DNA of 33,748 nucleotides from Lentisphaeria bacterium (GTDB lineage Bacteria; Verrucomicrobiota; Lentisphaeria; Victivallales; UBA1829): NCBI GenBank assembly GCA_017540385.1, contig JAFYBD010000096.1, positions 1 to 33,748 of the forward strand, read 5' to 3'. Shown piece by piece: positions 17,170 to 24,628 of this stretch (position 1 is its first letter; each line of letters starts with the position of its first letter). The notes under the pieces were generated by a model. It saw only the letters and a program-made list of their open reading frames with translations, ran no database searches and was not told where the DNA came from. The position numbers and the translations under genes were made by a program.

Positions 17170-17210
17170 GTTATACATGTATAACATAACCCTGAAAGGT
17201 AAGAAGTCAA
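17170..17210 (-). promoter_or_regulatory. putative relBE promoter with a perfect 16-bp palindromic operator
   Basis: Minus strand reads TTGACT (17210-17205), 16 nt, TATGTT (17188-17183). The palindrome GTTATACATGTATAAC (17170-17185) overlaps the -10 and the expected start site. Confidence 0.5.
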
Positions 17211-17234
17211 GCGGAAACCGGGTGCAACTTGATC

Positions 17235-17270
17235 AAAAAACGCCCCCGGCTCGGAAACGGGCCGGAGGCG
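17235..17270 (-). terminator. intrinsic terminator downstream of the orphan valS 3' remnant
   Basis: Minus-strand RNA forms CGCCUCCGGC / GCCGGGGGCG, a 10-bp stem with one G-U pair and a 10-nt loop, followed by UUUUUU. Confidence 0.7.
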
Positions 17271-17320
17271 TTAATGATTCTTCGTGTTCTCGCGCAGCAG
17301 AACACTACCGCAGTCAAGGC

Positions 17321-17407
17321 GTCAGCCTTGGAAGGCCGCGAGGGATTCTTCGACGCGGGCGAGCTTGTCCTTCAGGTCGGCGAGCTGGGGCTTCACGTTC
17401 TCGACGA
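17321..17407 (-). repeat. displaced copy of the valS 3' terminus (att-like direct repeat, left)
   Basis: 87 bp matching 20221-20307 with 4 mismatches. The 59-bp core 17331-17389 is identical. It encodes ...VENVKPQLADLKDKLARVEESLAAFQG* with no valS body upstream. Confidence 0.85.
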
Positions 17408-17487
17408 AAAACAGTCGGTTTTTGTCTCTATGCGTTCGCGTCCCGCGTTCAGGTATAAGCAAATATCGTTTGTGTATATAAACGATA

Positions 17488-19200
17488 TTACTCCTGTGCT
17501 CGAACAAGAGCCAAACGAAATCCTACATCGGGCTCTCCGCTGTAGGAGAAGGCATTAGAGCGATTCGACAAGTTGCAACTACCATTAGCTGTACGATAAG
17601 AACCACCACGGATTACTTTTTTAGAACCTCCTGTAGCGGGTTTGTCGCCCTCTGTGTGATTTCTGAAACTCTCTATGTAATCATCCATACACCATTCTCC
17701 AACATTCCCAAGCATATCAAACAGACCTAACTCATTTGGGGCTTTTGTTCCAACCTGGTGTGTAATTAGATTTGAATTGGCTGAGAACCAAGCAATTTCT
17801 TCAAGCTTGTCACTTCCACTATATTTGTATCCTTTGCTCAGTGCCCCTCCACGTGCAGCATATTCCCATTGGGCATCCGTAGGGAGAGAAAACACATATC
17901 CCTCGGGACGTGTACCTTTTGTCAATGTGTTCAGTGTCTTGCAAAACTCTTGAGCATCGTTCCATGAAATGCCTGATACTGGTGTATTCTTTTTGCTTGA
18001 ATTGGTCCCCATCACGGCATCGCGCAGACCTTGAGTAACTTCAGTTATACCAATATAATATTTTTGATTGATATTTACATTATGACTTCTAAGCTTTATG
18101 TCATAGGCTGTATCAAATGAGTCGATCATTGTAAATGAGCCGGGTTGAACAGATGCCACAATTATTTTTTCATCTTTTACAGAGATTGTGAGCAGATTTT
18201 TCTCGTTAAAAGATATTGAGTTTAACAATGCCCCATAAAAAATCCTCTGTTGATAACTCCCTATTTCTTCTTTTTGTTTTTTTAGTTCCGCCATAGTTTT
18301 TTCTGCATTAGACCAATCCTTTTCTTCTATCTGTTTCTCTATTTCTTTTTTCAATGAATCGGTTCGGTTAGATGATTTCTTTTCTAATGCTTCACACTGT
18401 TTAGGATCAAGTTTAGAAAGAACAGTGAGACAGATTTTAAGTACAAAAGAATCAGAATAATCCGCAGCTATTTCTCCAATCGCTGCGTATGATTTGCATA
18501 TATTCGAAATAGATTTCTGACATGTCGCCTTTGCTTCCTTAAAATCAGTCGCATCCAATAAATTATCTATCTGTATTCCTGTATTCTTTATGTCGTTTAA
18601 TAGTGCCGCTCCTTTTTCTTGCCATGCCTTTTCTCTCCGCAAAGAATAATCTGCATTGATGAAAATAGAGAGAGGTCCTTTTATGAAGTCATTTTCAAAA
18701 TCTAAAACAGCTTGGCGCAAAGAAGCATTGTCTTCTATCCATTTTGCGTTTTGTTCAGCAATTACACTTTGTTGCTGTATTTGTGCAATGATTCTTTCCT
18801 TAGTTTTGTCATCAGTTGCACTAAGGCTTTGCTGAAAAAGAGAACTGATTGTGTTCAATGCTTTTCTCATTGCCTGAGTATGTTCGCCGAATGAGTGTTT
18901 CGGGTCATATTTGGCCGCAATGATCTTTTCAGCTCTGTTTTTTAGGGTGACTTCAGTCTTGCGTAAATCTTTCAGCTGATCGTCAACAGAAATATTGGAT
19001 TTCACTTGTACTTTTTTCTCTTCTGTTTTTATAGGTTGAATGGGTGTTTCATTTTTCTTGTTATTGGAATTGTTTGCCTCGCCTTGAATGTTCTGAAACT
19101 GTTTTAATTTTTCAAGATCCTCTTGAGCTTTTTTGTGTCCGCCCTTTGCTGCTTTTTCCAAATATATCATGCCCGTTTCAAAATCATCTTTAACAAACAT
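17488..19200 (-). CDS. Sel1-like repeat, helical region, and C-terminal FGE-sulfatase (SUMF1/DUF323) domain protein
   Basis: 570 aa. N-terminus YLEKAAKGGHKKAQEDL is Sel1-like. The C-terminus has GISWNDAQEFC, LPTDAQWEYAARGG, NELGLFDMLGNVGEWC, VIRGGSY and VGFRLA. It has one Cys after RGGSY, where catalytic FGEs as I recall them have a Cys pair (CHxSYC). Confidence 0.8.
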   Translation of the reverse strand: MFVKDDFETGMIYLEKAAKGGHKKAQEDLEKLKQFQNIQGEANNSNNKKNETPIQPIKTEEKKVQVKSNISVDDQLKDLRKTEVTLKNRAEKIIAAKYDPKHSFGEHTQAMRKALNTISSLFQQSLSATDDKTKERIIAQIQQQSVIAEQNAKWIEDNASLRQAVLDFENDFIKGPLSIFINADYSLRREKAWQEKGAALLNDIKNTGIQIDNLLDATDFKEAKATCQKSISNICKSYAAIGEIAADYSDSFVLKICLTVLSKLDPKQCEALEKKSSNRTDSLKKEIEKQIEEKDWSNAEKTMAELKKQKEEIGSYQQRIFYGALLNSISFNEKNLLTISVKDEKIIVASVQPGSFTMIDSFDTAYDIKLRSHNVNINQKYYIGITEVTQGLRDAVMGTNSSKKNTPVSGISWNDAQEFCKTLNTLTKGTRPEGYVFSLPTDAQWEYAARGGALSKGYKYSGSDKLEEIAWFSANSNLITHQVGTKAPNELGLFDMLGNVGEWCMDDYIESFRNHTEGDKPATGGSKKVIRGGSYRTANGSCNLSNRSNAFSYSGEPDVGFRLALVRAQE

Positions 19201-19227
19201 ATATTCCTTAGCTTTTTCATAATTCTT

Positions 19228-19311
19228 TTAAGGACTGTCGCCACAACCTGTGAGGGACATTGAAATGCAAGTTGCGGCTGCAATGAAGGCGAGAGAAAGT
19301 CTTTTTTTCAT
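19228..19311 (-). other. orphaned lipoprotein signal-peptide mini-ORF, in frame with the 17488-19200 gene
   Basis: My hand translation gives MKKRLSLAFIAAATCISMSLTGCGDSP-TAA(19228-19230)-KNYEKAKEY-ATG(19200). The frame is unbroken apart from the single stop. LTGC is a lipobox. Confidence 0.7.
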
Positions 19312-20156
19312 GTCTAACTCCTTGTGTTTGGCTTGTTCTTATAGAACATGCCTATTTGTTGTTTATAGAAGGGGGGGGATTTGTTGTCATAATCATCAGA
19401 CAGATTAATCTTGTCATACAACAAGAATAATGTGCGCACATGGACTTGCTCTGGCTCGTTTATCAGAGATGGCAAAACAAAACCAAACCGCGAATAAAAC
19501 TGCGATTGATTTGATTGCCGTCATCTGGACGAAAAGCATTTGCCGGACAAACGGATTACCAGTTGTAGCTGGGTGAAGACTGTTTGGACGAACGGACAGG
19601 AACATAGCGGCCTCGAGTTGGAGGAGTTTTATTTCCTGCGCACGAGACAACGTCGAGATAAAAAAAGCCGGACGAATCCCCGTGCGCACATCTGTAGGTC
19701 CCGCCAAGAACCTGCCCAAGAAACGCAAGAGAAACGCCCAGCAAAATACAAAGACACAAAGGTCCTTTGCTGGTATATTTCTTTTCTTGGGCAAGAAGAC
19801 AGATTGAAACTTGGCGGGTTTACAGATGCTTTTTGCTGAAATAACCGTTAAAAAGAGCGCGGAAAACAGATTTCGTAAGGGGAAAACCGTTTTCAAAACA
19901 CAATTTACACCCTGTTCCGAGAAATTCAAGCTTTTTTCTGGCTTTTTTCGGAAAAACTATGACATTGAGGAAAAAGAAAGGACGCGTTGCGTCACGCTTC
20001 GCTGGGGGCGCGCAGATGCGCGCCTCGGTAGCCCTCGCTCACGCTCGGCGACTCTTTTACATAAACGCGAAACGCGAACAATAGAGGAATGTGAGGACGG
20101 TGGGATGAGGATTATCCACCTCTTTTTCGGGGACGCACTACGGAAAAAGTCCTAAA

Positions 20157-20199
20157 CAAAAAAGCTCTCTCCGCGCGAACGGAGGGAGCCAGTTTTTTT
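20157..20199. terminator. bidirectional intrinsic terminator downstream of valS
   Basis: GCTCTCTCCG-cgcgaa-CGGAGGGAGC is flanked by A6 and T7. In minus-strand RNA it has one C-A mismatch, then U6. In plus-strand RNA it is fully paired with one G-U pair, then U7. Confidence 0.7.
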
Positions 20200-20220
20200 G
20201 AGGTTAGCCGAAGTGGAAGG

Positions 20221-20307
20221 GTCAGCCCTTGAAGGCCGCGAGGGATTCTTCGACGCGGGCGAGCTTGTCCTTCAGGTCGGCGAGCTGGGTCTTCACGTCC
20301 TCGACGA
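20221..20307 (-). repeat. valS 3' terminus in place (att-like direct repeat, right)
   Basis: Matches 17321-17407. Contiguous with the full valS reading frame. Confidence 0.85.
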
Positions 20308-22897
20308 CTTTCGCCGGGGCGCGGCTGACGAACTTCTCGTTGCCGAGTTTGGCTTCGGCGGCCTTGATCCAGCCGGTGAGTTCGGCTTTCTGCTTCGTGA
20401 GCTTCTCGCGTTCGGCTGCGGGATCGACCAGGCCCTTCAGCGGGAGGAAGATCGCTCCGGCGTCGCACACGATGGAGGGCGCGGGCACGCCGTCCTCGCT
20501 GGCGTAGTTTTCGAGCGAGACGCTGATGAGGGATGCGTTCAGCATGGCGGTGAGGGAATCCATCTGGGCGCAGAGGGAATCGGAGATTTCCTGCGAGGCG
20601 GCACGGATGTGGTACTCGATGCGCTTTCCGGGGGGGATGCTGTTCGACAGGCGGAGGTTGCGGCCGGCGGAGATGAGCGCGTACTTGTCGGCGGTCATTT
20701 CGGAGATCTTGTCGACGTCGGCGGGGAGCTTCAGGTCGGCCACGGGGAACGCCGCGGTCATGATGGACTGTCCATCGGCGAGGAATCCCATGCGGTGGGC
20801 GAGTTCCTCGGTGATGAACGGCATGAAGGGATGGAGCAGGCGGAGGAGCTTCCACAGCGCGTAGTCCAGCACGGCGAGCGCCTGGCGTTTCGCCTCGTCG
20901 TCGGCGTTGAACCGCGGCTTGCACGCCTCGATGAACCAGTCGCAGAAGTTGTTCCAGACGAGCTCGTAGATGTCGTGTGCGGCGGAGTGGAACCGGAATT
21001 CGCGGAGGGAGGTGTTCACGGATTCGCACGCCTTCTCCAGCGTGTTCAGCAGGTGGAGTTCGTCCTGCGTGAGCTTTTCGACCGGGATCGCGAGCGTGTC
21101 GAACGACTCGGAGACGGGGCCCTGCATGGTGCGGAACCGGCAGGCGTTCCAGAGCTTGTTCGCGAAGTTGCGGCCGAGCTCGCATTTCTCGTTGGAGTAG
21201 CGGATGTCCATGCCGACGGGGGCGATGTACACGATGGAGAAACGCAGCGCGTCGGCGCCGTAGGTCTCGATGACCTTCAGCGGGTCGGGGGAGTTGCCGA
21301 GCGACTTGCTGAGCTTGCGGCCGAGTTCGTCGCGGATGATGCTGGTGAAGTAGACGTTGCGGAACGGCAGCTCGCCCTTGAACTCGTATCCGGCCATGAT
21401 CATGCGCGCGACCCAGAAGAAGATGATGTCGGGTCCGGTCACGAGGTCGTTCGTCGGATAGAAGAACTTCTGTTCGGGCGTGTCTTCGGGCCAGCCCATG
21501 ATGGAGAACGGCCAGAGCCAGGAGCTGAACCAGGTGTCGAGCACGTCCTCCTCCTGATACCAGCCGTCGCCCTCGGGAGCGGTCATGCCCACGTAGACTT
21601 CGCGGTTTTCATCGTTCACGTCGCCGCGGTACCAGGCCGGGATGCGGTGTCCCCACCAGATCTGACGGCTGATGCACCAGTCCTGGATGTTCTCCATCCA
21701 GTGGAAATAGGTCTTGGTCCAGCGGTCGGGATAGAACTTGATGGCGCCGGAGCGCACGGCCTCGATGGCGGGCTTCGCGAGCTCGTCCATGCGGACGAAC
21801 CACTGGTCGCTGAGGAGGGTTTCGATCTCCACGCCGCCGCGCTCGGAGAAGCCGACGTTGTGGACGATGTCCTCGATCTTCTCGACGAGGCCGAGTTTCT
21901 CGAGGTCGGCGACGCACTGCTTGCGGCACTCGTAACGGTCGAGTCCGGCGTATTTGCCGCACTGGGCGTTCATGGATCCGTCGCGGTTCATGACGTTGAT
22001 GAACTCGAGGTTGTGGCGTTTGCCGACCTGGTAGTCGTTCGGGTCGTGGGCGGGCGTGATCTTCACGCAGCCGGTACCCTTCTCCGGGTCGGCGTGCTCA
22101 TCCTCGATGATCGGGATCTGACGGTCGGTGAGCGGCAGGTTTACGGTCTTGCCGACGAGGTGTTTGTAGCGCGGATCGCCCGGAGGCACGGCCACGGCGG
22201 TGTCGCCGAACATGGTCTCGGGTCGGGTGGTGGCCACGACGAGGTAGCCGGAGCCGTCGGTGAGCGGATAGCGGAAATGCCAGAACTTGCCCTTGACCTC
22301 GCGGTAGATGACTTCCTCGTCGGACAGCGCGCTCTGGGCGGCCGGGCACCAGTTGACCATGCGCTTGCCGCGGTAGATGTAGCCTTTTTCGTAGAGCTGG
22401 ACGAAAACCTTGCGGACGGCGGCGCTGAGGCCCTCGTCCATGGTGAAGCGTTCGCGGTCCCAGTCGCAGGACGTGCCGAGCTTGCGGAGCTGCTTGATGA
22501 TGGTCCCGCCGTACAGCTTCTTCCACTCCCAGACGCGTTCGATGAACTTCTCGCGGCCGAGCGTGCGGCGGTCGATGCCTTCCTTCTCGCGGAGCACCTT
22601 GTCGACTTTGCTCTCGGTGGCGATACCGGCGTGGTCGGTGCCGGGGAACCAGCAGACTTCTTCGCCCATCATCCGGTGCCAGCGGATCAGGATGTCCTGC
22701 AGGGTGTTGTTCAGCACGTGGCCCATGGTGAGGATGCCGGTCACGTTCGGCGGCGGGATCACGATGGAATAGGGCTTCTTGCTGGGATTCGGGACGCCGT
22801 GGAAACGTTTGTTCGCTTCCCATTCGGCGTACCATTTCTCTTCGATTTCAGCGGGCAGATATGCTTTCGGCATCTCCGGCATTTTGACGGTCTCCAT
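20222..22897 (-). CDS. valS: valine-tRNA ligase
   Basis: PPPNVTGILTMGHVLN (HIGH region), KLSKSLGN (KMSKS), and a C-terminal coiled coil. The ATG at 22897 (METVKMPEMPKAYLPAEIEEKWY) is preferred. The track start at 22930 is a TTG lying about 6 nt from the predicted -10. Confidence 0.93.
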   Translation of the reverse strand: METVKMPEMPKAYLPAEIEEKWYAEWEANKRFHGVPNPSKKPYSIVIPPPNVTGILTMGHVLNNTLQDILIRWHRMMGEEVCWFPGTDHAGIATESKVDKVLREKEGIDRRTLGREKFIERVWEWKKLYGGTIIKQLRKLGTSCDWDRERFTMDEGLSAAVRKVFVQLYEKGYIYRGKRMVNWCPAAQSALSDEEVIYREVKGKFWHFRYPLTDGSGYLVVATTRPETMFGDTAVAVPPGDPRYKHLVGKTVNLPLTDRQIPIIEDEHADPEKGTGCVKITPAHDPNDYQVGKRHNLEFINVMNRDGSMNAQCGKYAGLDRYECRKQCVADLEKLGLVEKIEDIVHNVGFSERGGVEIETLLSDQWFVRMDELAKPAIEAVRSGAIKFYPDRWTKTYFHWMENIQDWCISRQIWWGHRIPAWYRGDVNDENREVYVGMTAPEGDGWYQEEDVLDTWFSSWLWPFSIMGWPEDTPEQKFFYPTNDLVTGPDIIFFWVARMIMAGYEFKGELPFRNVYFTSIIRDELGRKLSKSLGNSPDPLKVIETYGADALRFSIVYIAPVGMDIRYSNEKCELGRNFANKLWNACRFRTMQGPVSESFDTLAIPVEKLTQDELHLLNTLEKACESVNTSLREFRFHSAAHDIYELVWNNFCDWFIEACKPRFNADDEAKRQALAVLDYALWKLLRLLHPFMPFITEELAHRMGFLADGQSIMTAAFPVADLKLPADVDKISEMTADKYALISAGRNLRLSNSIPPGKRIEYHIRAASQEISDSLCAQMDSLTAMLNASLISVSLENYASEDGVPAPSIVCDAGAIFLPLKGLVDPAAEREKLTKQKAELTGWIKAAEAKLGNEKFVSRAPAKVVEDVKTQLADLKDKLARVEESLAAFKG

Positions 22898-22935
22898 TCG
22901 GGGGTCGGTTGATAAAAATGATGATGTCAATCTTT

Positions 22936-22944
22936 AATATAGCA
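22936..22944 (-). promoter_or_regulatory. putative extended -10 element for valS
   Basis: Minus strand reads TGCTATATT, about 40 nt upstream of the ATG at 22897. Confidence 0.4.
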
Positions 22945-22994
22945 CCATTTCGGACATTTTCCCATAAAAAGACGCGAAAACTTGCGCCTTTTTT

Positions 22995-23023
22995 TTGAAA
23001 AAAAGACGTTCCGGGGGTATAGT
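22995..23023 (+). promoter_or_regulatory. putative sigma70-type promoter of rpoN
   Basis: TTGAAA (22995-23000), 17 nt, TATAGT (23018-23023), 34 nt upstream of the rpoN ATG. Confidence 0.55.
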
Positions 23024-23056
23024 ATCTGCCGTATTTAACTCAATCGGGGAAACGAA

Positions 23057-24628
23057 ATGGACCAAAAGATCGCCCAGGGCGCCAGTCAGAGTCTGGAACA
23101 GACCCACATTCTCTCGCCTCAGCATCTCCAGGCGCTCCGGGTGCTTCAGGCTCCGGCTATGGAGCTCGCCACGTCGTTTCAGGACGTCCTCGCCGAAAAC
23201 CCGCTCATCTCGACCGAGCCGGACGAGGAGCCGCCGGATGACCCCGAAACGGTCGGGGAGACCGGCGCGGACGACGAATCCGGCCGCGACGACGAGGCCG
23301 CGTCCGACGACGATTCCGGCCGCGACGAGGTCCCCGAACTCGATGCTTCGGACTTCCGTTTCTCCGGCCCCTCCGGGGAAGACGACGCCATGGTCCCCGC
23401 GGAATCGCTCGACGACAACCGTCTGGACTACGACGAGGAGCTGGGGCGCATCGTGGAGGACGACGACGCTTGGGCGTCCATCCGGCCGACGGGCGAAGCG
23501 TCCGACGACGACGCGGAGAAACGCCGCGACTACATGTTCGACTCCATCGCCGAAGAGGCCTCGCTTCAGGAGAAGCTGATGGAACAGCTCCGGCTGGAGG
23601 ACTGCCCCGAGGACGTGCGCCGTGCCGCCGAGGAGATCATCGGCAACATCGACGACGACGGGTTTTTCCGCAGCGTCCCCGCCGAGATCGCGCAGGCCGT
23701 GCCGTGTTCGCTGGCGACCGCCGAGACTGCGCTCAAACTGGTGCAGACGTTCGACCCGCCCGGGATCGGGGCGAGCTCGATGCAGGAATGTCTGCTGCTG
23801 CAGCTCCGCCGCGCCGGGAAGGATTCCGGCCCCATGGGCGACCTCGTGCGGGACCATCTGGACGACCTGGAGCACAACCGCATCCCGAAGATCGCGAAGG
23901 AGATGGACTTGCCGGTGGCCGAGGTCAAGGCGCTTGAGGACGAGCTCCGCAGGATTTGCAGTCCGCGCCCCGCCGCGTCGCTCGAACCGTCCCGCGTGGA
24001 ATACTGCCCCGTCGAGGTCACGATCGAACGCAGCGGCGACGATTTCTCCGTCCGGCCGAACCGCGAGTACATGCCCCGGTTCCTGATCCCGAAGCGTTAC
24101 CTGCGGATGCTGAACGACCCGCTCACGGACCGGGAGACCCGCGACTACATCCTGAAGAACCTGAAGAGCATGAAGGACATTCAGAAGGCTCTCTCCATGC
24201 GCGAGAGCACCATCGTCCGCATCGCGCGCCTCATTGCAGACCAGCAGTACGATTTCTTCGACAAGGGCCCCGAATACCTCCGCCCCATGACCATGAAGGA
24301 GGCCGCCGACCGCCTGGGGCTGCACGAGACCACCGTCAGCCGCGCCATCGCGAACAAATACATGGCCACCCCGGCCGGGACGTTCCAGTTCCGAGACTTC
24401 TTCACCGGCGGCTACCAGAATTCCGAGGGCGAGGACGTCTCCAGCGCCTCGGTCAAGGAATACATCCGTGAGGCCGTCCGGGCCGAAAACCCCGCCCATC
24501 CGCTCTCCGACAAGAAGATTGCCGACGACCTCAAGAAGAAAGGGCTCGACGTCGCCCGCCGCACCGTGGCGAAATACCGCGAGGAACTCGGCATCCCCTC
24601 CTCGCAGGGAAGGAAGCAGTACTCATGA
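23057..24628 (+). CDS. rpoN: RNA polymerase sigma-54 factor
   Basis: Region I LSPQHLQALRVLQAPAMEL, an acidic region II, an HTH LGLHETTVSRAIANKY, and the RpoN box ARRTVAKYRE. Confidence 0.93.
   Translation: MDQKIAQGASQSLEQTHILSPQHLQALRVLQAPAMELATSFQDVLAENPLISTEPDEEPPDDPETVGETGADDESGRDDEAASDDDSGRDEVPELDASDFRFSGPSGEDDAMVPAESLDDNRLDYDEELGRIVEDDDAWASIRPTGEASDDDAEKRRDYMFDSIAEEASLQEKLMEQLRLEDCPEDVRRAAEEIIGNIDDDGFFRSVPAEIAQAVPCSLATAETALKLVQTFDPPGIGASSMQECLLLQLRRAGKDSGPMGDLVRDHLDDLEHNRIPKIAKEMDLPVAEVKALEDELRRICSPRPAASLEPSRVEYCPVEVTIERSGDDFSVRPNREYMPRFLIPKRYLRMLNDPLTDRETRDYILKNLKSMKDIQKALSMRESTIVRIARLIADQQYDFFDKGPEYLRPMTMKEAADRLGLHETTVSRAIANKYMATPAGTFQFRDFFTGGYQNSEGEDVSSASVKEYIREAVRAENPAHPLSDKKIADDLKKKGLDVARRTVAKYREELGIPSSQGRKQYS

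Larger units (their letters stand above)
17408..20220. mobile_element. AT-rich inserted segment at the valS 3' end (integrase-less island or island remnant)
   Basis: Bracketed by the 87-bp repeats. Two 60-nt lines I counted gave 32% and 43% G+C, against 60% for one counted flanking line. Holds a single large gene plus ORF-poor DNA. No recombinase ORF is visible. Confidence 0.65.

Noticed and set aside
17322-17507. 61-aa minus-strand ORF overlapping the end of the FGE-domain gene.
   Set aside because: Only its last 28 or so residues are meaningful, and they are the duplicated valS C-terminus. The rest is read-through of AT-rich island DNA. I treat it as a repeat or gene remnant, not as a gene.
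16913-19230. Two in-frame TAA codons in otherwise intact genes (relE at 16913-16915, the FGE-domain lipoprotein at 19228-19230). These raised the idea of TAA reassignment or programmed readthrough.
   Set aside because: TAA is the evident terminator of highly conserved genes in the same window (rpoA, rpmJ, the 563-958 lipoprotein), and those products end at the normal positions. Both interrupted genes are accessory genes where decay is expected. Independent nonsense mutations or sequencing errors are more parsimonious.
19414-20155. The 171-aa (minus) and 114-aa (plus) ORFs in the island's distal part, considered as possible integrase or regulator genes.
   Set aside because: They overlap each other and have odd composition (Phe/Lys/Arg/Cys-rich). 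I recognise no recombinase motif (no R..HxxR..Y pattern and no serine-recombinase N-terminus). I treat the region as non-coding or decayed DNA.
20198-22912. 904-aa plus-strand ORF, plus the similar long ORFs at 4080-5912(-), 7574-9283(+), 9183-10184(+), 14070-15152(-), 15159-16625(-), 22934-24499(-), 24468-27074(+), 24649-26934(-), 27010-28047(+), 28706-30574(+), 30663-32627(-) and 30752-32692(+).
   Set aside because: These are antisense or out-of-frame shadows of genes with unmistakable homology (valS, dsbD, rpoA, rpsM/rpsK, hisG, the glycosyltransferase, rpoN, the radical SAM gene, eptA, the ABC exporter). Their translations are Arg/Gly/Asp/His/Pro-rich low-complexity sequence, which is typical of stop-poor frames in high-GC DNA.
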